This document shows positions 53,686 to 62,770 of a stretch of DNA of 64,000 nucleotides, piece by piece. Position numbers and translations under genes: made by a program. Location: NCBI GenBank assembly GCA_033809515.1, contig JAPXLN010000001.1:158101-222100 (forward strand), read 5' to 3'. The stretch comes from Bacillota bacterium. GTDB taxonomy: Bacteria; Bacillota; Sulfobacillia; Fermentithermobacillales; Fermentithermobacillaceae. The notes beneath the pieces were generated by a model. The model was not told where the DNA came from. It saw only the letters and a program-made list of their open reading frames with translations, and searched no databases. Position 1 is the first letter of the stretch. Each line of letters opens with the position of its first letter.

Positions 53686-54390
53686 GTGCCTGAGCGAACC
53701 ATACTCATCGCCGATGACGAGGATCACATAAGGCAACTTATCTGGCTTTACCTGACCAACGAAGGGTTCTCGGTGATCGAGGCTCAAACGGGCTCAGAAG
53801 CTCTCAGAATGTGGCGCGAACAGCCTCTTGGACTGATCATCCTGGACATCATGATGCCTGAGGCAGACGGATGGGAAGTCCTCAAGCAGATCCGCAAGGA
53901 GCGGAAGACCCCTGTTATCATGCTAACAGCCAAAGACGCCGAGATGGACAAAGTGTCCGGGCTGGAACTTGGGGCTGACGACTACGTCACAAAGCCGTTT
54001 AGCCCTCGGGAACTGGTCTCCAGAGTGAAAGCCGTGCTCCGCAGAGCTGAAGAGCCGGTAATGCAAGCAGTATCGTACCCAGGGCTTTCCATTGATCGGG
54101 AATCCCGGGAAGTCACGGTAGCAGGCCGGATAATGAGCCTTCCGCCAAAGGAGTTTGAGCTGCTCTGGCTGTTGGCGAGTAACCCAAATAAGGTGTTTAC
54201 CAGGGAATACCTTCTTGAGACGGTGTGGGAATACGCATACTTCGGGGATATTCGGACGGTGGATGTCCATGTGAGGCGCCTGCGCCAGAAGATCGAGAAA
54301 GACCCTGATAACCCGGAGTACATCAAAACTGCCTGGGGAGTGGGGTATAAGTTCGAATATCGCCAGCATATTCAAAGGAGCGAAACTTAG
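53686..54390 (+). CDS. OmpR family response regulator
   Basis: ADDE, LDIMMP, MLTAK, GADDYVTKPF, RTVDVHVRRLR, WGVGYKF. Confidence 0.95.
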   Translation: MPERTILIADDEDHIRQLIWLYLTNEGFSVIEAQTGSEALRMWREQPLGLIILDIMMPEADGWEVLKQIRKERKTPVIMLTAKDAEMDKVSGLELGADDYVTKPFSPRELVSRVKAVLRRAEEPVMQAVSYPGLSIDRESREVTVAGRIMSLPPKEFELLWLLASNPNKVFTREYLLETVWEYAYFGDIRTVDVHVRRLRQKIEKDPDNPEYIKTAWGVGYKFEYRQHIQRSET

Positions 54391-54393
54391 CGG

Positions 54394-55548
54394 ATGTCGC
54401 TTCGAGGAAGGCTAATGGCGGCGTTTGTCGTCATCATCTTGATTGTTGGCCTCGTAATGGGCGCTTATCAAGCTCGCCTTCTGGATAGTTTCTTCCGCCG
54501 CTCGGCTAAGAACCAACTGGTCCAGCAAGCCCGCAGCATGGAAGCGATAATTGGAAGGCTGAGGACCAGTCCGTCTTCCGACACGACGATAACCAGGAAC
54601 CTTGTCAGCGTCGCCAGTTCAGTGACGGGGTCAAGAGTCCTGGTGACTAACGCTCACGGAATGATCCTTGTGGACTCAGAAAACGACCAACTCCTGGGCC
54701 AAACGGTATCTTCAGACTATCTGTCAGCGACTCTGCGAAACGGCTTGACCGAAACGTTCGACTTCCCATCCGCAGGCACCGGTGCTGTAGGCGCCGCCGT
54801 TCCATGGCGCACCGGCGCACACGTCACCGGGGCTCTCATTTTCATCAAGCCCCTGGCGACCTTGCCCAAGCTATGAACTCCATGTCTCACGAGATCTCCG
54901 TCCTGGTCGACAACCTAACGCGTGAAAAGGAGAAACTTCAGACGCTGGCTGAAGAACGCCAGAACATGATGTCGGACATATCCCACGACCTCCGGACGCC
55001 TGTCACCTCAATCAAGGGATTCATTGAAGCCTTGCAAGACGGCGTCATTAAGGGTGAAGATGAGCAGCGGCGGACCCTGGCCATTATCCACGACGAATCC
55101 GAAAGACTGGCCCGTCTTGTCGAGGATCTCTTCTACCTTGCCAGACTTGAGGCCGGTGAAATCCCTGTGGAGATGGCGAGAGTTGATCTAGCGGATGTCG
55201 TCCGCAGCAGCATGGATGCAATTCGTCCCCTAGCGCTTGAGAAACGCATTGATCTTCGACTATCGACAGACGAATCCACCTGCGCAGGGAGGGCGGTGGT
55301 GACCGGTTCTGCCGACAGGCTGACGAGGGCAATCCTGAACCTCCTGGATAACGCCATAAAGTACTGATCTTCCCCACCTTTTTGACCGGTTTCACCGGGG
55401 AGACAAATCCCGCGCCCGGATGAAAGCTAGCGCAGGTCTGGGTCTATCCATCGCCCAGCTCATAGTGAAGCAGCATAACGGGCGTCTGTGGGTCACAAGC
55501 AAGCCGGGCCGAGGTTCCTGTTTCGGCATGGTTCTTCCGCTGGCATGA
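54394..55548 (+). pseudogene. Sensor histidine kinase disrupted by two internal deletions with frameshifts
   Basis: Fragment 1 (TM1 + sensor) to about 54855; fragment 2 (HAMP helix 2, SHDLRTP H box, N box) to 55364; fragment 3 (DLPHLFDRFHRGDKSR, GLGLSIA) to TGA 55548; TM2, HAMP helix 1 and the G1 box are absent. Confidence 0.85.
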
Positions 55549-55565
55549 CACGGCTGGCCCCAACA

Positions 55566-55604
55566 GTTAATCAATCGTTAATACTCCCTCCATTGTGCGT
55601 TAAC
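55566..55604 (+). promoter_or_regulatory. 11-bp-phased GTTAA direct repeats, candidate OmpR-type operator
   Basis: GTTAAT at 55566 and 55577, GTTAAC at 55599. Confidence 0.45.
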
Positions 55605-55664
55605 ACTTTTCGGCGAGAATTAGGTGCAGAAACGCGATGGTGTTCTGAAAGGGGGGAATGTCAT

Positions 55665-56141
55665 ATGATCCAATCCAGGAAACGCCTGCTTGGCGTACTT
55701 GCCGGTGCCCTGTGTATTGTTGTCGGATTAGCCTCCATCGCCTTTGCCAAGGGCGGTCTGCACAGTGTCGTAACCGGCGGTCTGGGCATGGAATCGCGGG
55801 CTCCTAAAGACACCGGAGGCAAAGGGATAAGGGCAGGCAAGGAAACAATGGACTGCCAGGGCTCCATGGCCACCATGTCGGTTGAACGCCTTGAAGCAGC
55901 CATCGCTCGCATGACGGTAAACAGAGAGAGGCTGGCCAAGCAAATCGAGGAGTTTGAGGCCAAAATCCCTGAGCGTGAAAGCAAGATCGCGGATATCGAA
56001 GATGAGACCCTCAGGGAGTTCGCCGCCAGGCGTTCTGAAATCATGAAGCAGCGTCACAGACTCAGCCAAGAGCACCTCTCTATTATTGAGCAAAAGCTCC
56101 ATCTCCTTCAGGACGCGCTTGCCTACGCCAAATCGAGGTAA
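55665..56141 (+). CDS. Secreted coiled-coil hypothetical protein
   Basis: Signal peptide ending AFA, helical heptad-rich C-terminal part; AAGGGGGG RBS. Confidence 0.75.
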   Translation: MIQSRKRLLGVLAGALCIVVGLASIAFAKGGLHSVVTGGLGMESRAPKDTGGKGIRAGKETMDCQGSMATMSVERLEAAIARMTVNRERLAKQIEEFEAKIPERESKIADIEDETLREFAARRSEIMKQRHRLSQEHLSIIEQKLHLLQDALAYAKSR

Positions 56142-56158
56142 GTCGAATATCATCCATG

Positions 56159-56199
56159 AAAACGCAGCCGGCACCATGGTACCGGCTGCGTTCTCCTTT
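56159..56199. terminator. Bidirectional terminator
   Basis: AACGCAGCCGG...CCGGCTGCGTT stem flanked by A and T runs, between convergent genes. Confidence 0.75.
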
Positions 56200-56206
56200 A
56201 ACCTCG

Positions 56207-57643
56207 TTACTTTGTGGGATCGCCGCCCAGGATAAAGGCATGCATGTCATCGGTTACGGCTTTGATATTCTCTTCACCCAAGTATGTCATGTGACCTGCT
56301 TCGTACCCCTTGACAAAAACCCGGTCCATGGGCAGGCCCGAGTGATTCAGAGTGTAGTACAGAATGCCTATCTGAGTGCAGATATCATACCAACCATTGA
56401 TGAAGAATACGCGCATGGTAGGTGTCCGGCGCATGGCGGCGCTTAGGCTTTGGGAGGTATTCCGGCCCTTAATATTGTAGTTCCAACTGGACCACAGAGA
56501 GTGAGAGTTAACGAAGTTGCGGTCCCACTGAATGCCAAGCAAGGGGAAGACCTCACCGCAAAGCACAGACTGGAAGAAGGCATTGTACTTTCCTTCCGCC
56601 GCGTCATCGCCGGTGCCCCATTGTTGCTCGTACAACAAAGGCGTATATAGGGGACGGGTGATTCGTCCATCCAAACGGGCTACCGCACGGCCCTTGTTAC
56701 GCGCGACCTGACTGCGATACTCTGTACTCTCTATAAACAGCGCCCGTTTCTCCAGGTATTCCCGGGAAACCCCGGTATAGTAGATGACCCGTTCAATAAT
56801 ATGTTCCCGGTTTGTTCCTTCAAGAGATTCCCCTTGATACAAAGCTAACAGATACTCAGTATCAGCAAACCGCTTGGCTTCGGCCACGAATTCCTCCACG
56901 GTTTGCTCAGAAGGACGGTTATGGTACCAGTTGACCGCGGCCAGAGTCGGGAATGCCAGAACCGCCGAGTAAACCGGAGCCCTATCGCCGAAGGATCGCC
57001 CCACGGTGACTGTGTTCCCAATCATGATTATGCCGTCAAAGGTGACGCTGTAAGCGCGGTCGGAACCGGATAGGGAGCCCATTCCTGCAACCGTGCTGGC
57101 CCGGGTACAGCCGTAGCTCTCGCCCATCAGGTATTTTGGGCTTTGCCACCGGTTATAACGGGCTAACCAAGCTTGGATAAAGGTGAGGATAGCTTCGGCA
57201 TCCTGTTCGACCCCGTAGAACATGTCTTTCTTGGACTCATCCAGCAAGCGACCGAAACCGGTACCTACGGGATCCACCAGCACCAGATCGGCAATATCCA
57301 ACAGACATTGGTCGTTATCGCAAGACTCATAAGGAGGAAGCGGCAAACCATCGCCATCGACTTCTCCATATTTCACACGCTTGGTGCCCAAAAGACCGGC
57401 ATGTACCATCATGGAAGACGTGCCCGGGCCACCGTTAAAACCAAACAGGACCGGACGTGACTTTACATCGTCCACATCAGAACGGAAATATGAGTACGAG
57501 AAGATTGAAGCAATGGGTTTCCCGTCATCATCATAAAGAACATTATCTTCACTAACGGTATGATACGGTATTTTTGCGCCGCGCAAGGTAATGCTTCCTT
57601 CTCCGGCAAAGCGAGAAGGAGCAAAAACGTCGGTTTTCAGCAT
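56207..57643 (-). CDS. Serine carboxypeptidase (S10 family)
   Basis: FNGGPG, VDPVGTGF, GESYG, GWYD, AGHM. Confidence 0.9.
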   Translation of the reverse strand: MLKTDVFAPSRFAGEGSITLRGAKIPYHTVSEDNVLYDDDGKPIASIFSYSYFRSDVDDVKSRPVLFGFNGGPGTSSMMVHAGLLGTKRVKYGEVDGDGLPLPPYESCDNDQCLLDIADLVLVDPVGTGFGRLLDESKKDMFYGVEQDAEAILTFIQAWLARYNRWQSPKYLMGESYGCTRASTVAGMGSLSGSDRAYSVTFDGIIMIGNTVTVGRSFGDRAPVYSAVLAFPTLAAVNWYHNRPSEQTVEEFVAEAKRFADTEYLLALYQGESLEGTNREHIIERVIYYTGVSREYLEKRALFIESTEYRSQVARNKGRAVARLDGRITRPLYTPLLYEQQWGTGDDAAEGKYNAFFQSVLCGEVFPLLGIQWDRNFVNSHSLWSSWNYNIKGRNTSQSLSAAMRRTPTMRVFFINGWYDICTQIGILYYTLNHSGLPMDRVFVKGYEAGHMTYLGEENIKAVTDDMHAFILGGDPTK

Positions 57644-57683
57644 AGATAGTCCCTCCTCTAGGACAGTTGATTGATTTCGGAGA

Positions 57684-60482
57684 TTAGGGGATGTCTAGCA
57701 ATGTGTGTTCCAGGCCCATCTTTTGAGCAATCTCTACCTCCCTTCCGTGGGTGAACATCACTATCTGGTGACTGGATGCAAGGGAAGCAAGGATCTGCAG
57801 AGCACCCTCAAGTCTCTTGTCATCATACTGAACAAACGAATCGTCCAGAAAAAACGGGAAGCTACTCTTCCTCAACACAGCCTCAGCTAACGCAACTCTC
57901 AAGGCGAAATAGCATTGATCGACGGTCCCACCTGAAAGTGAAGTCACAGGAACCTGGTTTCCCCCCTCGGGGTGGACCAAGCTTAGCTCAAGGTCAGGAG
58001 ATACCTTGACCTCAATGTACCTGTCTCCGGTCAGCGTGGAAATAATGCTGCTGACCCTCGAACTCAGAACCGGGGCAAAACTCCTTCTCACATGCCTTGA
58101 TAGCTCATCCAGAGTACAGTAGGCAAGGTCCAGTCCGTCACGTACAAGCTCCAAGTCCCCGGCAGCTTCCCTGGCCCGGTCCAGATCCTCCTGAATCTCG
58201 GCCGAAGACCGTCCCTGACTGCTTTTCATGCTTATGCTGTTTTCGATCACCAAGAGTTTGGAATCAATCTGACCCAGATCATTCCTTAAGCTTTCTACCT
58301 GCTTGCGTTTCTCCTCAAGCTCTTTCTCAGTAACCTGGAACCCTTGGATAGACCCATCCACATGATCTAGCTCATGGTCCACTTTGGAAAGAAGCGCCTT
58401 CACTTCCTCCTGGACTTCCCGACAATCCCTTCCGGACAGCAATGCACTCTTCCTGGCCAAAGTCTCACTGAGGGCCTTTGAAGCTTGATCGTAAGCTCTC
58501 TGGGCCCGGGCCTTGTTCTGGAACTCTCGGGCTGAAGCTACACCCGCCATATCGAAAATCGCCTTTTGCCGGGCTTCAGCCTCCAGCTGATTGGCGGCGA
58601 GTCTGTTGCATAGGTCCTCCATCTCACTGTCCCGCTCATCCAAAAGCTTGAGCGTTCTTTCCAGAGACTGTATCTCAGCTAGTTTCTTCTTGAGGGCATC
58701 AACTGCTCCGTCTGCTATGGCCTCACCAACTTTCAGACAGCCTGACGAGTAGAGAATAGCTGCCAGTTCCTTTTCGGCAACTGAAAACTCCTGAGAAGCT
58801 TCGAACCAGTTGCCATGGGCCACCTCGTAGTTGCCTTGTGCATGCCTAAGTCTGACCCTGTAGTCCTCGACTTCCCGGGCCAGAATACGCAACTGTGAAG
58901 TGGAACTGACACCCAGTGTAGACAGGAATTCACTTAGAACCTGCTGGGCGCTTTCTACCACAAGCGCTTGCTGTTGGACTTCCTTCACCCTAGCATCTGC
59001 AAGCTCTTGCTCCTGTGCTTTGGCCTGCCATATCTTCCTGTACCTGTAGCTCCCTGCAGCAAATATTGCCAGGGCGACTCCGAACAAGTAAAGGCTTGGG
59101 GGCCAGCCCATGACTGTCAGCACTACGGCCATGCCCACAATGCCAAGAGCCAGTGCATACAGCCATCCGGAAGCACTGCTCGGGTTTATGGATAGCACTG
59201 CCGCTCTTGATTTCTCCGCTTCTAGCTCCAGAAGACTTTTCTGTGATTCTGCCATGCGGCAAGTCTCCATATACTCGTCAGCGGTCTTCAGGAGCCCTTG
59301 ATCGATTTCTGCGTCTTTCAAACCTTTGGAGAGGCCCTCTTCTTCTATCTCACGGAGGGCGCGCCGGGCATCGTTGGCGGCCCTTCCAGCTTTGGCAGCG
59401 GCGGCTTTGGCTGCAAGAAAACGAGCATAAAGCGATGCTACACCTGCCTCATCCCACCCTGCAACCGTAGAACTCTCAAGGTCTTCAAGACTTAAGCGAA
59501 GGGCAGCCCTCTTCTCAGAAGCTGCGTCAAGTTCCTCTCTGAGGTGACTCAGCCGGAGAGATGCTGAATCTATCTCCTGATTGGCCCGGGCAAACCCATC
59601 TTCCAGGTCGGTGGGGAAATCCTTGGCCCAGAAGGTCTCGCTGACAACGCTTCTGTAGATTTCAGCCTGCTCCTCAAGGTCGTCGATCTGAGCAAGAATC
59701 CCTTTCAGAAACCTGTACCTAGCAAGTTCAAGCTCGGCCTCGCCCTTTTGGAGTTCATCCTGGAGAAGGCCCTTTTTTTTCCTGCATTCGCTGGCCTCAA
59801 CAAGCCATTCCCTGATCTCTGCTTCCCCGGCCATAGCGTGGGCTGCTTCTCCTTCAAGATCCTCAACAGACCTGAGAACCAAGTCCAACTCAGCCTTGGT
59901 GCTGCGCGGACTCTTGATGCGGTTTCTCGCCTCAATAAGCACCCCCAGAGCTTTTCCCAGCGCAACATCCTCGGTGCCTCCGTAAACAATACTCTCCAGC
60001 TTCCCCTGGATCTCAGGCCCCAGACCAGCCTCCTGAACGCTCCCTAACTGCTCCACCCAAACCGTATTGCGGAACTCCTTCTGAGAAAGGCCTAGATGCT
60101 CTGCCACAAAGTCGTACTCTTTCCTGGTGTCCTGGGAAAAGGACCGTGTCAGGTCCTCACCTGTGCTGTCATCATAGATCCTCACCACGTCCGGGTCGAA
60201 GGATCGCTCAAGCCTAAACCTTTGGCCATCATTTTCATAAACCATGACCCCCCGGTACTCCTTACCTTTCCAGGGCCTGTATCTCTCATACTCAGGAGTG
60301 CGATATACCCTTGTAACACCTTCTTTCTTGAATCCATATAGCATCCCAAGTATGAATGCTCCCAGGGTTGACTTCCCTGCCTCATTTTCGCCCATAATGA
60401 TGTTCAGTCCGTCTGAAAGGACAAGGGGCTCATCAGAACTGAACTTTCCAAAAGCTACGGGCATAAGCCATACCAGCTTCAA
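57684..60482 (-). CDS. YhaN-like SMC/Rad50-type ATPase with coiled coil and internal TM hairpin
   Basis: FGKF, GENEAGKST, LSGGT, FALR, FLDDSF; TTGA overlap with the upstream nuclease. Confidence 0.87.
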   Translation of the reverse strand: MKLVWLMPVAFGKFSSDEPLVLSDGLNIIMGENEAGKSTLGAFILGMLYGFKKEGVTRVYRTPEYERYRPWKGKEYRGVMVYENDGQRFRLERSFDPDVVRIYDDSTGEDLTRSFSQDTRKEYDFVAEHLGLSQKEFRNTVWVEQLGSVQEAGLGPEIQGKLESIVYGGTEDVALGKALGVLIEARNRIKSPRSTKAELDLVLRSVEDLEGEAAHAMAGEAEIREWLVEASECRKKKGLLQDELQKGEAELELARYRFLKGILAQIDDLEEQAEIYRSVVSETFWAKDFPTDLEDGFARANQEIDSASLRLSHLREELDAASEKRAALRLSLEDLESSTVAGWDEAGVASLYARFLAAKAAAAKAGRAANDARRALREIEEEGLSKGLKDAEIDQGLLKTADEYMETCRMAESQKSLLELEAEKSRAAVLSINPSSASGWLYALALGIVGMAVVLTVMGWPPSLYLFGVALAIFAAGSYRYRKIWQAKAQEQELADARVKEVQQQALVVESAQQVLSEFLSTLGVSSTSQLRILAREVEDYRVRLRHAQGNYEVAHGNWFEASQEFSVAEKELAAILYSSGCLKVGEAIADGAVDALKKKLAEIQSLERTLKLLDERDSEMEDLCNRLAANQLEAEARQKAIFDMAGVASAREFQNKARAQRAYDQASKALSETLARKSALLSGRDCREVQEEVKALLSKVDHELDHVDGSIQGFQVTEKELEEKRKQVESLRNDLGQIDSKLLVIENSISMKSSQGRSSAEIQEDLDRAREAAGDLELVRDGLDLAYCTLDELSRHVRRSFAPVLSSRVSSIISTLTGDRYIEVKVSPDLELSLVHPEGGNQVPVTSLSGGTVDQCYFALRVALAEAVLRKSSFPFFLDDSFVQYDDKRLEGALQILASLASSHQIVMFTHGREVEIAQKMGLEHTLLDIP

Positions 60483-61669
60483 CCCGAGCACCTCCTCCGC
60501 AAAAGGACCTTGCCCTGCCTCAAGGTGTCAAGGCCGTAATAGATGGCTAGCTCTGCAGCCTTGGCCCCTCTCACATCACCGGAGGTTTCCCGGTCAGAAA
60601 TGATAGATTGCATGCGCCTGACAAACCGGGCCTCCAGCGTATCCTTGCCGCCTGCAACTTCATCCAGGTCATAGCCGGGCAGATACTCGGGAACGAGCCG
60701 CAGGTAGAAAAACTCTCTCTCCATGTCCCGCTCCAGACCGGCTGTATCGATCTCCAGCTCCGGCGCCAGGACTCCGGTGAGATTGACAGACCAGAAATCC
60801 CGCTGTCGCGCTTCCTCAGTATCAAGGCTCAGGACTCTGTTCATGATCTGTTCGCTCGTATCGAAACCTGAAATATCAACATTTACAGTCCGCATCTGCC
60901 TTTGACACAGGGGGATGAATCGCGGTTCCACTGTATATCTTTCTTGCAGGTTCCGTTCTGCAGTTACAAGGTATATACCTCGTTCTCCGCTGTCTCCGAA
61001 ATCAAGAGGTTCCGGACACCCGGGATAAACTGCAATCGCCTCCCCGATCTGCACTGCCGCAGGTGCATGAACATGCCCAAGAGCTACGTAGTCAGCTCCG
61101 AAATCCCGGATATCGCCGTAGGGAATGGGCAAGTACTGGAATGCCGAAGCAACCGGGTCTGCCGGTGCAGGAACCAGTTGGCCGTGAATAACCAGTATGT
61201 TCAGTAGATCCTTGCATCGAACGGTGCATCCTTGCAGAACCCGGTCTCTCTCAACGAAAGATGCCCACCCAAACCCGTAGACTGCTGCTCCCAGTTCACT
61301 CAAAACGACCTCTTCCAGGGCCGGAGAGCGGAAGATCCTTACGTTTTCCGGCCAGGTAAGGCTGTGGTACAGGGAATCCCTTACAATAGGGTCATGATTG
61401 CCCGGAGATATGAACACCTTTGTACCCGGAATTGTCGAAAACAGGGCCGCCGCCTGACGAACCCAAGCGGGACCGGTGTACAGATGCTCAAACAAATCTC
61501 CTGCGACAAGAAGAATATGGGCTCGTTCTTCATGGGTTATCTCAACAATGCGTTCCAGGCTCTTCTCAATCTCCCAGCGCCTTAGTGACGCTTTCTCCCG
61601 GCTAAGCGAGGCCGGCGCCGGACGCCCCGCATGGACATCGGCACAGTGTATGATCTTGAGCATGCTCAA
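60479..61669 (-). CDS. YhaO/SbcD-like metallophosphoesterase DNA repair exonuclease
   Basis: HCADVH, AGDLF, PGNHD, HG, ALGHVH, YPG. Confidence 0.9.
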   Translation of the reverse strand: MSMLKIIHCADVHAGRPAPASLSREKASLRRWEIEKSLERIVEITHEERAHILLVAGDLFEHLYTGPAWVRQAAALFSTIPGTKVFISPGNHDPIVRDSLYHSLTWPENVRIFRSPALEEVVLSELGAAVYGFGWASFVERDRVLQGCTVRCKDLLNILVIHGQLVPAPADPVASAFQYLPIPYGDIRDFGADYVALGHVHAPAAVQIGEAIAVYPGCPEPLDFGDSGERGIYLVTAERNLQERYTVEPRFIPLCQRQMRTVNVDISGFDTSEQIMNRVLSLDTEEARQRDFWSVNLTGVLAPELEIDTAGLERDMEREFFYLRLVPEYLPGYDLDEVAGGKDTLEARFVRRMQSIISDRETSGDVRGAKAAELAIYYGLDTLRQGKVLLRRRCSG

Positions 61670-61754
61670 TCCTCCGGAATGCTTCCATGTGTTTCTATGT
61701 GACCTTACACTTCTACTGTGCCCTGTTCATATCCTTCACGCTGGTCTTTAATGT

Positions 61755-62768
61755 CTAGCAAGATGAGCAACGTTCTCTGGAAGCTCCTGGCGACAGCTGC
61801 GACAGATCTGCCCACTTCCCGCACCTTGAGCCCCACCTGGCCACAGGACAGTCATCAATGAGGATCTCTTGTATCTCGCACGAATTGGCGCAATCGCCGC
61901 ATTCAAACCCCTGGCTTCTTGCAGAAAATGCAGCGATTCTTGCGACACCTTTGAACCCGGTGCCCGGGTAGGCTGCTCCCTGAGCCTTCTCCGCTGCAAG
62001 GATCGCTGCTCCCCAGGCTCCCATGACTTTGTAGTGGGGAGGCACCGTGATGGGTAAGCCCAAACTCGTTTCGAGGGCCCGCAATATACCGGCGTTAGCA
62101 GCTACTCCTCCTTGAAACAGGACTCTGGGCTTAATAACCTTTCCCCGGGCTACATTGGTTATGTAGTTGGTGGCAAGCGCGTTGCACAGGCCGGCGACAA
62201 GATCCTCTTTTCTGTAGCCCATCTGCTGTTTGTGAATAAGGTCGGACTCAGCGAAGACTCCGCACCGGCCGGCGATTCGTGCAGGAGCTTTAGACCTTAG
62301 GGCCCAGCTGCCGAATTCCTCAATGGGTATTCCTAGACGGGCCGCCTGGTGATCGAGGAAGGAACCCGTTCCCGCAGCACATACCGTGTTCATGTTAAAG
62401 CCGGTAGGGTACCCATCCTGGAAGAACACGATCTTAGAATCTTGTCCCCCTATGTCAATGAGAGTGCCCACGTCAGGAAACAGGTGCGATGCAGCACGGG
62501 CATGACATGAGATCTCGTTCTTGACCACGTCCGCCCCTACGATTACTGAGGCCAGTTCCCGTCCTGAACCCGTGACTCCACATGCCCTTACACGGTCAAG
62601 AAACCCCTCCCGCTGCAGATCTCTGAAAGCTTCTTGCAGCGCCCAAATAGGACCTCCTTCATTGCGAAGGTAGTCCTCGAAGACAATGCGCGAATCTGCC
62701 GTCGTCAAAACCAGTTTGGTGGTGACGCTTCCAACGTCAATTCCAAGGAATCTCCCTTCTCTGTCCAT
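61755..62768 (-). CDS. 2-hydroxyacyl-CoA dehydratase activase (HgdC/BadF-BadG ATPase)
   Basis: GIDVGS, DIGGQDSK, CAAGTGSFL, RCGVFAESD, QGGVA; C-terminal C-x2-C-x3-C. Confidence 0.9.
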   Translation of the reverse strand: MDREGRFLGIDVGSVTTKLVLTTADSRIVFEDYLRNEGGPIWALQEAFRDLQREGFLDRVRACGVTGSGRELASVIVGADVVKNEISCHARAASHLFPDVGTLIDIGGQDSKIVFFQDGYPTGFNMNTVCAAGTGSFLDHQAARLGIPIEEFGSWALRSKAPARIAGRCGVFAESDLIHKQQMGYRKEDLVAGLCNALATNYITNVARGKVIKPRVLFQGGVAANAGILRALETSLGLPITVPPHYKVMGAWGAAILAAEKAQGAAYPGTGFKGVARIAAFSARSQGFECGDCANSCEIQEILIDDCPVARWGSRCGKWADLSQLSPGASRERCSSC

Positions 62769-62770
62769 GG

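Noticed and set aside
55362-55370. TGA after NAIKY as selenocysteine or a programmed frameshift
   Set aside because: Downstream kinase sequence is in another frame and the G1 box is physically missing, so recoding cannot restore the protein
56207-57643. S10 carboxypeptidase as a horizontally acquired islet
   Set aside because: Some stretches look more AT-rich, but composition is uneven and no flanking repeats or mobility genes are visible; needs a codon-usage computation
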